DNA of 64,000 bases from Dongiaceae bacterium (GCA_035492855.1 DATJIU010000012.1:3053-67052), one strand, 5' to 3'; positions 28,416 through 38,260 are shown, counted from the first letter of the stretch. Notes: a model not told the origin generated them from the letters alone. Numbers and translations are program-made.

Positions 28416-30899
28416 ATGACCCTGAGTCTGAAATGCAGTTTGATATTGGGAATTGTCGTTTTGGCCGGCACCGCGGTGGCGGCGGACCCGGCACCGGAAG
28501 TGCAAAAGATTTTTCTGCCGGAACGGCTCTACGCGGGGAATACCGGCATCAAGCAGGTGCAGCCCATTGATGAGGCTGTGTGGATCTGGCACCCGGATTT
28601 CAGCCCGGAAGCCAGGGGAGCGCTGCATTCCGAGGTGTTTGCCGGGGGGTGGCGCGAACCGGTGTTGCTGCGCTTCCGCCGCGAGTTTGCCGCCACCGCC
28701 ACGCCCCTCCGCATCCATGTCAGCGCGGATGAACGGTTTGAATTGTTGCTGGATGGCCAGCGGATTGCGCGGGGGCCGGACCGCTCCGACGTGGAGCACT
28801 GGTGCTATGCCACCTATGATTTGCGGCTCGCTCCGGGATCGCATCGCTTGGAAGCGCTGGTGTGGAGCATCGGCCCCAACGCCCCGGTCGCGCAACTGAC
28901 CTGGCGCGGCGGTTTCATTCTCAAGGCCGAGGGCGATTATGACCGCGAACTGACCACCGGCAAGGCGCCCTGGGAAGTGGCGAAGCTGGAGGGCTACGAG
29001 TTCACCGCCGGTGATTTTTTTGGGGGCGTGGGCGCCCAGTTGACCGCGCATGACTGCGGGCCGCAATGGAAAGAAGACAACTACGTCCCCGCGCACGTGG
29101 TGCGGAGGGCATTGCAAAGCAGCGAGTTTGGTGATGCCACCTCGGGCTGGAAGCTGTATCCCACCACGTTGCCCGATCAACTGGACCGCGAATTGACGCC
29201 CGGCCGCGCGGTGGCCCTGGGCAGCGGCGTGCTGGGCAAGGACGATGTCGTGAACGCGGCGGCGGCGCAAAGCCCGAACCTGCCCCGCTGGCAGGCGTTG
29301 CTGGAAGGGCGCGAGGAAGTGGTGATTCCCGCCCACACCGAGGAATTTATTCTCTGGGACCTCGGCAACTATTACTGCGCCTATCCGGAATGCGAAGTGA
29401 GCGGCGGTGCCGGCGCGAAGCTGGCCTGGAGCTGGGCGGAATCACTGTACCTGCCGAAATCCGACGCCAAGGGCCAGCGCGATGAATTCATCGGCAAAAC
29501 CTTTCACGGCACCACCGACACCTTCCTGCCCGGTGGCGGGGCGCATCGGAAATTCAGCACGCTCTGGTGGCGCGCCGGCCGCTGGTGTCTGCTTTCCATC
29601 AGGACGGACGCGGCGCCGTTGACCCTGCACCGGGTGGCGCTCGACGAGAGCCGTTATCCCTACGAACTGGAAAGCCGCTTTGACGACGGCGATCCGCAAC
29701 TGCCGGGCGTGATCGCGCTGGCAACGCGCGGCATCCAGATGTGCGCGCACGAAACTTACATGGATTGCCCCTACTACGAGCAGTTGATGTATGACGGCGA
29801 TGCCCGTTTGGAATTGCTCACCACCTACACCATGACGCGCGATGACCGGTTGGCCCGCCGTGCCATCGAGTTGCTGGATTTCTCCCGTCAAAATTCTGGG
29901 TTCGTCAAGGAACGCTACCCGTCCTACCTGGCGCAGCATTCGCCAACGTTTTCGCTGATTTGGGCGCTGATGCTGCACGACTATGCCTGCTGGCACAACG
30001 ACCCGGACTTCGTGCGCGCCCGGGCAATCGGCCTGCGGTCCATGTTGGCGCAATTTGAATCCTACGAAAACGCGGACGGGCTGTTGGAAAATCTGCCCGG
30101 CTGGCCTTTCATGGACTGGGTGGACGGCTGGGACTGCGGCAACGCGCCGGATGGCGTGAAGGGCGTTTCTGCGCTGAACAACCTGCTCTACGTGTATGCC
30201 CTGCAAGGCTCCGCCGAAGTGGAGGATTATTTGGGCGAACCCCTGCTGGCGCAACGCCTGCGGGCCAAAGCCGCCCGCACCGCCGCCGCCGTACGCGCGA
30301 GGTTCTGGGACGAATCGCGCGGGCTCATGGCCGACAACCTGGCTCACACCGAGTTCAGCGAACACGCGCAATGCCTGGCGTTGCTCACCGATACCCTCAC
30401 GGGAGAGCGGGCGCAACGCTGCTTCGCCCAGTTGTTATCCGCGCCGGACCTCAAGCGCACGACCATTTACTTCAGCTTTTATTTGTTGGAGACCTGGCAG
30501 AAATTCGGTCGCGGCGATCTCATTATGCAGCGGCTGGATTTTTGGAAGGATTTGGTCCGGCAGGGGCTCAAGACCCCGGTGGAGCAACCCGGCGATACGC
30601 GCTCGGATTGTCATGCCTGGGGCAGCCATCCGTTGTTTCATCTGCATGCAAGCCTCGCGGGAATTCGTCCGGCGTCCCCGGGTTTCCGCACGGTCCGCAT
30701 TGCGCCGGAGCCGGGCGACCTGCCTAAAATTGTGAGCCGCACGCCGCATCCAGATGGCTTCATCGCGCTGAACCTGAACTTTGCAAATGGCTCTTGCCAG
30801 GGTACGGTGGAACTGCCGCCGGGTATTCCGGGCACCTTTGTCTGGCACGGTCAGGAACAAAAGCTGACTGGCGGCACCAATTCAATTGATCTGAAATAG
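28416..30899 (+). CDS. GH78-related (alpha/alpha)6 six-hairpin glycosidase (alpha-L-rhamnosidase-like), secreted
   Basis: The start is taken at ATG 28416 (MTLSLKCSLILGIVVLAGTAVAADP). 'ETYMDCPYYEQLMYDGDARL' parallels the GH78 'DCP.RE..GWTGD' catalytic-domain motif, and 'DCHAWGSHP' lies near the C-terminus. The family assignment is tentative. Confidence 0.6.
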   Translation: MTLSLKCSLILGIVVLAGTAVAADPAPEVQKIFLPERLYAGNTGIKQVQPIDEAVWIWHPDFSPEARGALHSEVFAGGWREPVLLRFRREFAATATPLRIHVSADERFELLLDGQRIARGPDRSDVEHWCYATYDLRLAPGSHRLEALVWSIGPNAPVAQLTWRGGFILKAEGDYDRELTTGKAPWEVAKLEGYEFTAGDFFGGVGAQLTAHDCGPQWKEDNYVPAHVVRRALQSSEFGDATSGWKLYPTTLPDQLDRELTPGRAVALGSGVLGKDDVVNAAAAQSPNLPRWQALLEGREEVVIPAHTEEFILWDLGNYYCAYPECEVSGGAGAKLAWSWAESLYLPKSDAKGQRDEFIGKTFHGTTDTFLPGGGAHRKFSTLWWRAGRWCLLSIRTDAAPLTLHRVALDESRYPYELESRFDDGDPQLPGVIALATRGIQMCAHETYMDCPYYEQLMYDGDARLELLTTYTMTRDDRLARRAIELLDFSRQNSGFVKERYPSYLAQHSPTFSLIWALMLHDYACWHNDPDFVRARAIGLRSMLAQFESYENADGLLENLPGWPFMDWVDGWDCGNAPDGVKGVSALNNLLYVYALQGSAEVEDYLGEPLLAQRLRAKAARTAAAVRARFWDESRGLMADNLAHTEFSEHAQCLALLTDTLTGERAQRCFAQLLSAPDLKRTTIYFSFYLLETWQKFGRGDLIMQRLDFWKDLVRQGLKTPVEQPGDTRSDCHAWGSHPLFHLHASLAGIRPASPGFRTVRIAPEPGDLPKIVSRTPHPDGFIALNLNFANGSCQGTVELPPGIPGTFVWHGQEQKLTGGTNSIDLK

Positions 30900-31477
30900 C
30901 GCGAAAGCAGCGCAACCGGATTTTGTCCCAGAATGGGACCGCAAAACTGGACTGCCTTGGAATCACCGCAGCGGGAACTTGTCGGAACGTAAAGCCGTGA
31001 AGCCCGAGAGCGGCCGCCAATGTAGGACAGGCGTCTTGCCACTAGTATTCGGCACGGCGGTGGGGTGGTCGGTGGCGGTGCTCGCCCCCTGCGTTTATAC
31101 GGCTTGCCGGCGACAACAGAGGGTTTCGCGATTGTTACCGCATTGTCATTGGCCCGGGAGCGGATTGTCTGGCTGACTTGGCACGTACCCACGCCGGCCC
31201 CCATGACCGCACCGCTGAGCGAACGGGAACTCTCGCGTTGGCGGTTGCTTGCAGATTTCTGGGCGCGGCCGGCCCAGTCCGGGTTCGTCTGGCGCGCCTT
31301 TCCGCTCCAAATCGTCCATGCCGGATACTTGCTGGCGTAGCGCACGCCGTGGCTAAACTGGGAAATTGCGTGTATTTCTTGCCATAATGCAAATTGTTAA
31401 CAAAATTTGTCCTGAATCGCCGGGTGCGTTCGTCATATTGGAGAACGGCATAACATTTTAAACCAAAAAAAGAAATC

Positions 31478-32638
31478 ATGAGCCAGGTCCGGGTATTGGT
31501 CGGTACAAAGAAGGGCGCGTTCATCCTGACGGCGGATGGCAAACGCCAGAACTGGGACATCAGCGGGCCGCATTTTGCGGGCTGGGAGATGTATCATCTC
31601 AAGGGCTCCCCGGCGGACCCGAACCGCATCTATGCCTCGCAAACGAGCGGCTGGTTTGGCCAGGTGATCCAGCGCTCGGATGACGGCGGCAAGACGTGGA
31701 ATCCGCCGGACGGCATTCCGGCGCCCACGCCGGGGGATTTCGGCAAGGGCCAGAGCAACCGGTTTGTTTACGAAGGCACGGTGGGGACGCATCTCTGGTA
31801 CGACGGCACGCCGCATCCGTGGGAGTTCAAGCGCATCTGGCACATTGAGCCGTCGCTCACGAACCCGGACACGGCCTACGCGGGCGCGGAGGACGCGGCG
31901 CTGTTCAAGACGACGGATGGCGGCAAAACCTGGAAGGAACTGCCCGGGTTGCGCGCGGCCAAGAGCCAGCTCTGGCAGCCGGGCGCGGGTGGCATGGCGG
32001 TGCATACGATTTTGATCGACCCGAAAAATGAAAAGCGGATTTACGTGGCCATCTCGGCGGGCGGCTGTTTCCGAACGGACGACGGCGGGGTGACGTGGCA
32101 GCCGATCACGCGCGGGTTGCAATCGCCCTACGAATTGCCGGACCCGAACGCGGAGGTGGGGCATTGCGTGCATCGCATCGCGCTGCATCCCACGCGGCCG
32201 GACGTGCTGTTCATGCAGAAGCACTGGGACGTGTTGCGCACGGACAACGCGGGCGAGCAGTGGAGCGAGGTGAGCGGCGATCTGCCCACGGATTTCGGTT
32301 TCCCGATTGACGTGAACTGGAACGAGCCGAACACGATTTACGTGGTGCCCATCACGAGCGATTCGTTGCATTATCCGCCGGAGGGCAAGCTGCGGGTGTA
32401 CCGCAGCAAGAGCGGCGGCCACGAATGGGAGCCCCTGGACAAGGGCCTGCCACAGCAGGATTGTTACGTCAATGTGTTGCGCGACGCGATGGCGGTAGAT
32501 CAACTGGACACGTGCGGCATTTATTTCGGCACGACCGGCGGCCAGGTGTATTGCTCGCCCGATGGCGGCGACACCTGGCAAACCATCGCGGCGCATCTGC
32601 CGGCGGTGTATTCGGTGGAAGTGCAGACGCTGAAATGA
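31478..32638 (+). CDS. BNR/Asp-box repeat beta-propeller protein (sialidase fold / Ycf48-like), no signal peptide
   Basis: 386 aa with six Asp-boxes (S/T-x-D-x-G-x-T/x-W): [44 protein letters not shown] and SPDGGDTW. The N-terminus '[17 protein letters not shown]' is not signal-like. Confidence 0.8.
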   Translation: MSQVRVLVGTKKGAFILTADGKRQNWDISGPHFAGWEMYHLKGSPADPNRIYASQTSGWFGQVIQRSDDGGKTWNPPDGIPAPTPGDFGKGQSNRFVYEGTVGTHLWYDGTPHPWEFKRIWHIEPSLTNPDTAYAGAEDAALFKTTDGGKTWKELPGLRAAKSQLWQPGAGGMAVHTILIDPKNEKRIYVAISAGGCFRTDDGGVTWQPITRGLQSPYELPDPNAEVGHCVHRIALHPTRPDVLFMQKHWDVLRTDNAGEQWSEVSGDLPTDFGFPIDVNWNEPNTIYVVPITSDSLHYPPEGKLRVYRSKSGGHEWEPLDKGLPQQDCYVNVLRDAMAVDQLDTCGIYFGTTGGQVYCSPDGGDTWQTIAAHLPAVYSVEVQTLK

Positions 32639-32798
32639 AACTACGAATGGACCCCAAGAAACACGAATACGAGGAACGTGGAGCGGAAATGAGACCGCTG
32701 CTTTTGGGTGGGGCGGGCACTCCGTTGCCCGCCGTGGCGCGCCCGGGAGGGCAAGCCCTGCCTGAACGCTCAGCCGCGTTCGGAAGTTTACCAACTTT

Positions 32799-33095
32799 AT
32801 GATCCGCGTCGTCCTGCCCTATCATTTGCGCAATCTGGCCAAGGTGCCGGGCGAGGTGGAGCTGGATCTGCCCGCGCCGGTGACCATCGAGGCGGTGCTG
32901 GATGCCATTGAGGCGCAATATCCGGTGCTGTGCGGCACCATTCGCGATCACGACACGCTCAAGCGCCGGCCGTTCATCCGGTACTTCGTGTGCCGCGAGG
33001 ATTGGTCGCTCGAACCGATGGAGACGCCGCTGCCCGAGGCGGTGGTGCGCGGCGAAGAACCGTTTCTGGTGGTCGGCGCCATGGCGGGCGGCTGA
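32799..33095 (+). CDS. MoaD/ThiS-family ubiquitin-like (beta-grasp) protein ending in Gly-Gly
   Basis: 98 aa. It begins '[14 protein letters not shown]...' and ends '...[10 protein letters not shown]' directly before the stop. Size and a terminal GG are the hallmarks of sulfur-carrier/Ubl proteins. Confidence 0.75.
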   Translation: MIRVVLPYHLRNLAKVPGEVELDLPAPVTIEAVLDAIEAQYPVLCGTIRDHDTLKRRPFIRYFVCREDWSLEPMETPLPEAVVRGEEPFLVVGAMAGG

Positions 33096-33251
33096 GGCCA
33101 GGCCTGCTGCGGGGGTGCGATGATTATCACGCCCCTCACCCTATCCCTCTCCCCGTTGGGCGGGGCGAGGGAACAGAGAAACATTTCCACAAAACAATCA
33201 TCGTCCGGAACGGCAACCCTTGATTAACCTTAAACTCAGAACTCAATCCTT

Positions 33252-33803
33252 ATGACCAGGAGACCCATGTTAAAAATCATTCTTATCGCCCTCCCGGTGC
33301 TCATCGTTTTGTTTTGTATCGTGGTGACGCTGCAACCGGCGAGTTTCCGCGTGACCCGTTCGGCGACCATTTCTGCGCCGCCGGAACGGGTATTTTCCCA
33401 CGTGAACGACCTCAAGCAATGGGAAGCCTGGTCGCCGTGGGTGAAGCTGGACCCCAATGCCAAAAGCACCTTCTCCGGCCCGGCGGCGGGCACGGGCGCC
33501 AGCATGACTTGGGCCGGCAACCGTGAGGTAGGCGAGGGCCGCATGACCATCACGGACAGCCAGCCCAACAAGCTCGTGCAGCTCAAACTGGAATTTCTCA
33601 AGCCGTTCCAGGCGGTCAGCACGGCGGAATTCACCTTCACCCCGCAGGGCAACGCCACGGAGGTGACGTGGACCATGTCCGGCCAGAACGATTTCATGGG
33701 CAAGGCTGTCAGCCTGTTCATGGACTGCGACAAGATGATCGGCGGCCAATTTGAGAAAGGGCTCGCCAGTCTGAATACCGCCGTAACCGCCGCGAAGCAG
33801 TAG
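33252..33803 (+). CDS. SRPBCC (START/polyketide-cyclase-like) family protein with an N-terminal membrane anchor
   Basis: 183 aa. TM helix 'LKIILIALPVLIVLFCIVV', then 'SATISAPPERVFSHVNDLKQWEAWSPW', typical of SRPBCC proteins. An alternative start is ATG 33267. Confidence 0.8.
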   Translation: MTRRPMLKIILIALPVLIVLFCIVVTLQPASFRVTRSATISAPPERVFSHVNDLKQWEAWSPWVKLDPNAKSTFSGPAAGTGASMTWAGNREVGEGRMTITDSQPNKLVQLKLEFLKPFQAVSTAEFTFTPQGNATEVTWTMSGQNDFMGKAVSLFMDCDKMIGGQFEKGLASLNTAVTAAKQ

Positions 33804-33835
33804 CGCGCCGCGCCCGGTCCGTTTATGCTGTCGCC

Positions 33836-34798
33836 ATGAACCGGGTGGATCGTCTCATGGCCATGGCGTTGCGGCTGCAAAGCCGCCGCGTGGTGCGTGC
33901 GGAGGATTTCGCCGCGCATTTTGAAATCAGCGTGCGCACGGTGTACCGTGACCTCGGCGCGCTGAGCGAGGCGGGCATTCCCATCGTGGCCGAGGCCGGC
34001 ATCGGCTACAGCCTCGTTAAGGGTTACCATCTGCCGCCGGTGATGTTCACCGCCGACGAGGCCAGCGCGCTCTTCCTGGGTGAAAAGCTGGTGGAACAGT
34101 TCACCGATGCCTCGTTGCGCAAGCAGATGGCGTCGGCGTTGCTGAAAATCCGCTCGGTGCTGCCGCGCGACCGGCAGGATGACCTGGACCGGTTGGAACG
34201 TGCCACGGCGGTATTGCCGCATGCGGTGGCAAACCGGCCGCGGCTGGCGAGCGAGATGCTCAGCCCGTTGCAACGCGCCGTGGCCGGCCGGCAGGTGCTG
34301 GTGCTGGAATATCGCGGCGGCCGGCGCCAGGAGGTCACGCACCGGCTGGTGGAACCGCTGGGGCTGGTTTATTACGCGGAGAACTGGCATCTCATCGCCT
34401 GGTGCCGGCTGCGCCAGGATGTGCGCGATTTTCGCACGGACCGCATCCTCCGGCTGGAACTGCGCGAGGAACGCTTCGCGGGCCACGCCGATTTTTCGCT
34501 CCGGGATTATCTCGCCGCCGAAATGTCCTCCGGCCAGTTCGAGCTGGCGCAAATCAGCTTTGCCCCGGAAGTCATGGACCGCGTGCGGCGCGAGCATTAC
34601 TGGGGGTTGGTGGAGGAAAAACCCGGCGCCGGCTTCGTGGAGGTGACGGTGCTGGAGCATTCGCTCGATTTTCTGACGCATTGGGTGCTGTCGTTCGGCC
34701 CGCAGGCCCGGGTGCTGGGGCCGGAGCGGTTTTGCCAAAAAGTGGCGGCGGCGGCGGCCCAAATTGCGGCGCAATACGCCGCCCCGCAGCCGGAATAA
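33836..34798 (+). CDS. YafY-family transcriptional regulator (HTH + WYL domain)
   Basis: 320 aa. 'RLMAMALRLQSRRVVRAEDFAAHFEISVRTVYRDLGALSEAGIPI' is the HTH_11-type domain. 'WHLIAWCRLRQDVRDFRTDRI' is the WYL-domain core. Confidence 0.9.
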   Translation: MNRVDRLMAMALRLQSRRVVRAEDFAAHFEISVRTVYRDLGALSEAGIPIVAEAGIGYSLVKGYHLPPVMFTADEASALFLGEKLVEQFTDASLRKQMASALLKIRSVLPRDRQDDLDRLERATAVLPHAVANRPRLASEMLSPLQRAVAGRQVLVLEYRGGRRQEVTHRLVEPLGLVYYAENWHLIAWCRLRQDVRDFRTDRILRLELREERFAGHADFSLRDYLAAEMSSGQFELAQISFAPEVMDRVRREHYWGLVEEKPGAGFVEVTVLEHSLDFLTHWVLSFGPQARVLGPERFCQKVAAAAAQIAAQYAAPQPE

Positions 34799-35035
34799 CG
34801 CAACTGGAAAGGAAGCGCGCCCGCCCGGCACGGTGTCAGGACATGGGTGACACCGGTGGACAACTGGTGACCCTGCCGAAAGCGCGGGCAGTTGGGGGGC
34901 GACTTCCGGCAGGGCTATGAAAGTGCGGCGGTTTTGCGGCACCTCCCAGCCCCGATTGGGCGGATTCATCCGGGCCCCTTTGGGACCCTGGCGCAGCGGC
35001 CGGTTTTCGCCCGTTATTTCTGTGGTTGGGCCCTC

Positions 35036-36580
35036 TCATTTCCACTGAATGCGCACTTCATAGAGGTCAGCTCCGCCCACTTCATCATTAAAAAAGAGCG
35101 CAAGGGTGTTACTGTTCGCGGGTGTTGGAAGTTCGCTGATGGCAGCGACTCCCCTGCCGCTCAGCTTGGTCAACGTAACTTGACTGGGAGATTTTGGCCC
35201 GAAGAGGGACGTCAAAGCTTCAAACGGAATGCTGTTGGTCCCGTCCCACTGCGGCCGCCAGGCCATGCCATTGATGAAGGTGGGGTGGTTGCCCCCCTTT
35301 GGGTCTCCCGGGAAGCCGGCCTCTTCGTGTTCCCACCAGACTTTTTTACCCTGAATCTTGAGGGTATCCCTCCCATCAATGTACGCCTTGATGGTAATGG
35401 TGTTCTTGGTTCCGGCGGGGCTGAGGAAGGCAATGGCCAGTGCGCCTGCCACCAGCAGCACCCCAGCGCTGAGAAGCGCCATTTTTATTTTTGTTGATGT
35501 CATATTTTTCGGTTTTCCTTTGCGATGGGTTATTATTGCAACGTCCGCCGCCGGTAACCCCGAGAGCGGATTCCCGGGCGGGCGAACGATGGTTTCCACC
35601 ATCGTTTTGACTTCACTGACTTGCTGAAAACGCAGCTCGGGATCCCCTTCTAACGCGCGTAACACGACCTCATCCAGCCGCACGTCAATTTGCACTTTCT
35701 TCGAAGGTGGTTCGAGCCGCCCGTTGGGCCGCTCCCCCGTGAGCAGTTCGTAGAGCACCACGCCCAGGGAATAAACGTCGGCGCGACTGTCCACGCGCTG
35801 TGGATCGGTCTTCTGCTCTGGTGCGCTGTAACCAGGCGTGCCAACGGCGGCCTGCGTGGCACCTTCCGGCACGGCGGGTTCACCTGCCGTGCCGCTGGCC
35901 AGCATCGCGCCGAACATTTTGGCAATGCCGAAGTCCGCCACTTTCACCCGGCCATCCTTGTCGAGCAGCAGGTTTTCCGGCTTGATGTCGCGGTGCACAA
36001 TGCCCCGATCGTGGGCATATTGCAGCGCGTCGCACAGCGGCGGCACGATGGCCAGCGCCTCTGCTGGCGTGAACTTTCGCGTCTGTAACAGCTGGCGCAG
36101 ATTGACGCCATCCACGAATTCCATGAGCAGGTAATAATACCCGCCCGCCGGGCCAAAATCATGAATGGTGACGATGTTCGGATGGTTCAACGCGGCGAGC
36201 GCCTGCGCCTCGCGCACAAAACGGTCGGCAAATTTCGCATCACCCCCGCGCTCCGGCGCCAGCAATTTTAACGCAACGAAACGGTTCAGGGACTTTTGCC
36301 GGGCCTTGTAAACCACTCCCATGCCGCCCCGGCCGAGACACTCCAGAATTTCAAGCTGGGGAAAATGCGGCGCAATCTGTTCTGGTGGCAGCGGTGGCTG
36401 CGCAGCCGGCTCCGCAGCCCCCTGCGTGGCTGCCATTGCCTCGGCCAGCAGACACCGCGGGCACAGGCCGGCCGTGGCGTCCGAAGGCAACGCCGCCCCG
36501 CACTTGGGACAGGCGGTCGCGGCCGAAGTTGACTCGCTCATATCGGGGTCCTGACGTGCCGGCGTAGTTTGGTTACCCAC
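35036..36580 (-). CDS. Ser/Thr protein kinase with an N-terminal zinc-ribbon-like motif, a single TM helix and an extracytoplasmic C-domain
   Basis: 514 aa. 'CPKCGAALPSDATAGLCPRCLL', kinase motifs 'GRGGMGVVYKA', 'HRDIKPENLL', 'DFGIA' and 'GTPGYSAPE', and the TM helix 'MALLSAGVLLVAGALAIAFL'. The start is GTG 36580 or ATG 36541. Confidence 0.9.
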   Translation of the reverse strand: MGNQTTPARQDPDMSESTSAATACPKCGAALPSDATAGLCPRCLLAEAMAATQGAAEPAAQPPLPPEQIAPHFPQLEILECLGRGGMGVVYKARQKSLNRFVALKLLAPERGGDAKFADRFVREAQALAALNHPNIVTIHDFGPAGGYYYLLMEFVDGVNLRQLLQTRKFTPAEALAIVPPLCDALQYAHDRGIVHRDIKPENLLLDKDGRVKVADFGIAKMFGAMLASGTAGEPAVPEGATQAAVGTPGYSAPEQKTDPQRVDSRADVYSLGVVLYELLTGERPNGRLEPPSKKVQIDVRLDEVVLRALEGDPELRFQQVSEVKTMVETIVRPPGNPLSGLPAADVAIITHRKGKPKNMTSTKIKMALLSAGVLLVAGALAIAFLSPAGTKNTITIKAYIDGRDTLKIQGKKVWWEHEEAGFPGDPKGGNHPTFINGMAWRPQWDGTNSIPFEALTSLFGPKSPSQVTLTKLSGRGVAAISELPTPANSNTLALFFNDEVGGADLYEVRIQWK

Positions 36581-36588
36581 AAGTTTTC

Positions 36589-37341
36589 TTAACTTCCCAG
36601 GGCGGCAAACAAGGCGCGCATCTCCGCCTCAACTAGAGCGGGATCATCCAGCGTGCCGGCAACTTCCGCTTTCAGCAACTGCCGGAAGCGCCGTTTCAAC
36701 CGGTGCACCGCCACTTTCAGTGCATTGGCATTCATCTCGCAACCGGCCGCCAACGCCGCCTGCTCCCCGCGCCCGGCATCGCCGGTGAGCCACGGCTTGG
36801 CCCGCTCGAAGAAATCCGCGCGCCCTTCAGCAACGCATTCGCGCCGGAGAGCCGCCAGCGCGTGCGCCACCACCGTCAGGGCCCATTGCCGGTCAAAAGC
36901 GGCATCGGGCGCCAACACCCCCGCATCCGATACCAATCGGGCTTCGGTTTTGTTGAGCGAAAGGTGTTCCACTCCGCCGCCGCGTTTGCTCCGCCCCAAC
37001 GCCTCGCGGTGATGCGAGAGATAATGCTTTACCGCTCCAAGCAAATAGGAACGGAACCGGCCGCGCTCCGGCGCGGCGTGGGCAATGGCACCGCCCGCCA
37101 GCATCTGGGCAAAAAAATCATGCGCGAGGTCGCGCGCGGCATCCGCATCCCGCAAATTGTAGCGGAGGAACGTGGCCACCGGTTCGTAGTAGGCGTTGCA
37201 TAATTCGGCCAACGCGCAGCGTCCCTCCGGGGAGTCGGCTTTCGCCCGGCTGACCTGCGTCCAGCGCGTCGTTCGAAAATCCCCGACGGACGTCCCCTGC
37301 GGGGGGTGGCACGGCAGCGGTGCTGTTGGTTCAGCGTTCAT
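36589..37341 (-). CDS. ECF-type RNA polymerase sigma factor (kinase-associated, ECF43-like)
   Basis: 250 aa. 'TTRWTQVSRA' N-terminal motif, sigma-2-like 'DLAHDFFAQML...RFRSYLLGAVKHYL' and sigma-4-like 'NALKVAVHRLKRRFRQLL'. Its stop is 8 nt upstream of the kinase ORF. No anti-sigma gene is adjacent. Confidence 0.85.
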   Translation of the reverse strand: MNAEPTAPLPCHPPQGTSVGDFRTTRWTQVSRAKADSPEGRCALAELCNAYYEPVATFLRYNLRDADAARDLAHDFFAQMLAGGAIAHAAPERGRFRSYLLGAVKHYLSHHREALGRSKRGGGVEHLSLNKTEARLVSDAGVLAPDAAFDRQWALTVVAHALAALRRECVAEGRADFFERAKPWLTGDAGRGEQAALAAGCEMNANALKVAVHRLKRRFRQLLKAEVAGTLDDPALVEAEMRALFAALGS

Positions 37342-37876
37342 CAGGATCTGGATAAATCATGCCACAGTTGCCTGACGTGTTGGAAGCGAATGGTTACACA
37401 TTTGGGGATCACCCGGCCCCATCCCGATCCAACTCAATTCAATTCCGATCACGCCAATTTTCGTAGCCTCGCTGGAAATGGCCACGTGATCCCTGGTGGC
37501 ACCGGCGTAATTCGGGTCTATTGTGAAAATCAGGCGTACCCACTCAGCCGCATCCGGATTATTTCCCCGGCCGGGTGCGCTCCTTCGACACCAAGGCAAG
37601 AGCGCTTGGCCCGGAAGGGCCTGGTCAACGATGGCGGCGGAAGCGGCAAAAATAGCGGCGCTTTATTTCACCCCTCAGCATTCGACGCAAGCCCTCCCCG
37701 GAGCGCAGTTGCGCCAGCGGCATCCTCAAAAGGTGAACCGGATTATCTCGGCTCCGACCCAAAAACAGCGCCAAGGCTCCTGACATAGGGTTGTCAGTGG
37801 CGGGATTTAGGGTAGGGGCACGATTGTGGCACGGAAGTCGCAATCGGCAAACCGCAACCATTAAATCACGAATATC

Positions 37877-38260
37877 ATGAGCAAAATCACCCGGACCGAT
37901 GCCCTCAACTGGTTTGAAATCTACGTCGCCGACTTCAACCGCGCCAAGCGCTTCTACGAAGCCGCCTTGGCGGCCACCCTGCCCGAATTCAACAACCACG
38001 GCTGCCAGATGGGAATTTTTCCCCACGACGAAAAAAACGGCGTCGGCGGCGCCATCACCAAGATGGATGGCGCGGCGCCCGGCGCGGGCGGCACGCTGGT
38101 GTACCTGAACGTGGAAGGCGACCTGGACGGCGTATTGCAGCGCGTACCGGCCCACGGCGGCAGCGTCATCAAGCCACGCACTTCCATCGGCGAGCACGGC
38201 TTCATCGGCATCATCAAGGACTCTGAAGGCAATATCGTGGGACTGCACAGCATGGTGTAG
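37877..38260 (+). CDS. VOC-family (glyoxalase/bleomycin-resistance fold) protein
   Basis: 127 aa. 'WFEIYVADFNRAKRFYEAAL' and 'GFIGIIKDSEGNIVGLHS' are typical VOC beta-alpha-beta-beta-beta modules. Confidence 0.85.
   Translation: MSKITRTDALNWFEIYVADFNRAKRFYEAALAATLPEFNNHGCQMGIFPHDEKNGVGGAITKMDGAAPGAGGTLVYLNVEGDLDGVLQRVPAHGGSVIKPRTSIGEHGFIGIIKDSEGNIVGLHSMV

Noticed and set aside
30851-31345. 164-aa minus-strand ORF and several 65-141-aa ORFs in the 578-bp GC-rich gap between the GH78-like and BNR genes
   Set aside because: The frames are mutually overlapping and R/S/A/P-rich with no motif and no consistent start or RBS. The gap may be a decayed gene or a long leader, but nothing can be supported from the sequence alone.
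31433-32794. 453-aa minus-strand ORF
   Set aside because: It is antisense to the BNR-repeat gene, whose six Asp-boxes fix the true frame. The translation is an R/H/P-rich shadow frame.
33145-33171. GC-rich hairpin (CCCTCTCCCCG-TTGGG-CGGGGCGAGGG) after the MoaD-like gene
   Set aside because: It has a 10/11-bp stem with one mismatch but no following T-tract. It could be a Rho-dependent or structural element, but I cannot support calling it an intrinsic terminator.
33236-34969. 577-aa minus-strand ORF
   Set aside because: It runs antisense across both the SRPBCC and the YafY genes, each of which has clear family motifs on the plus strand.
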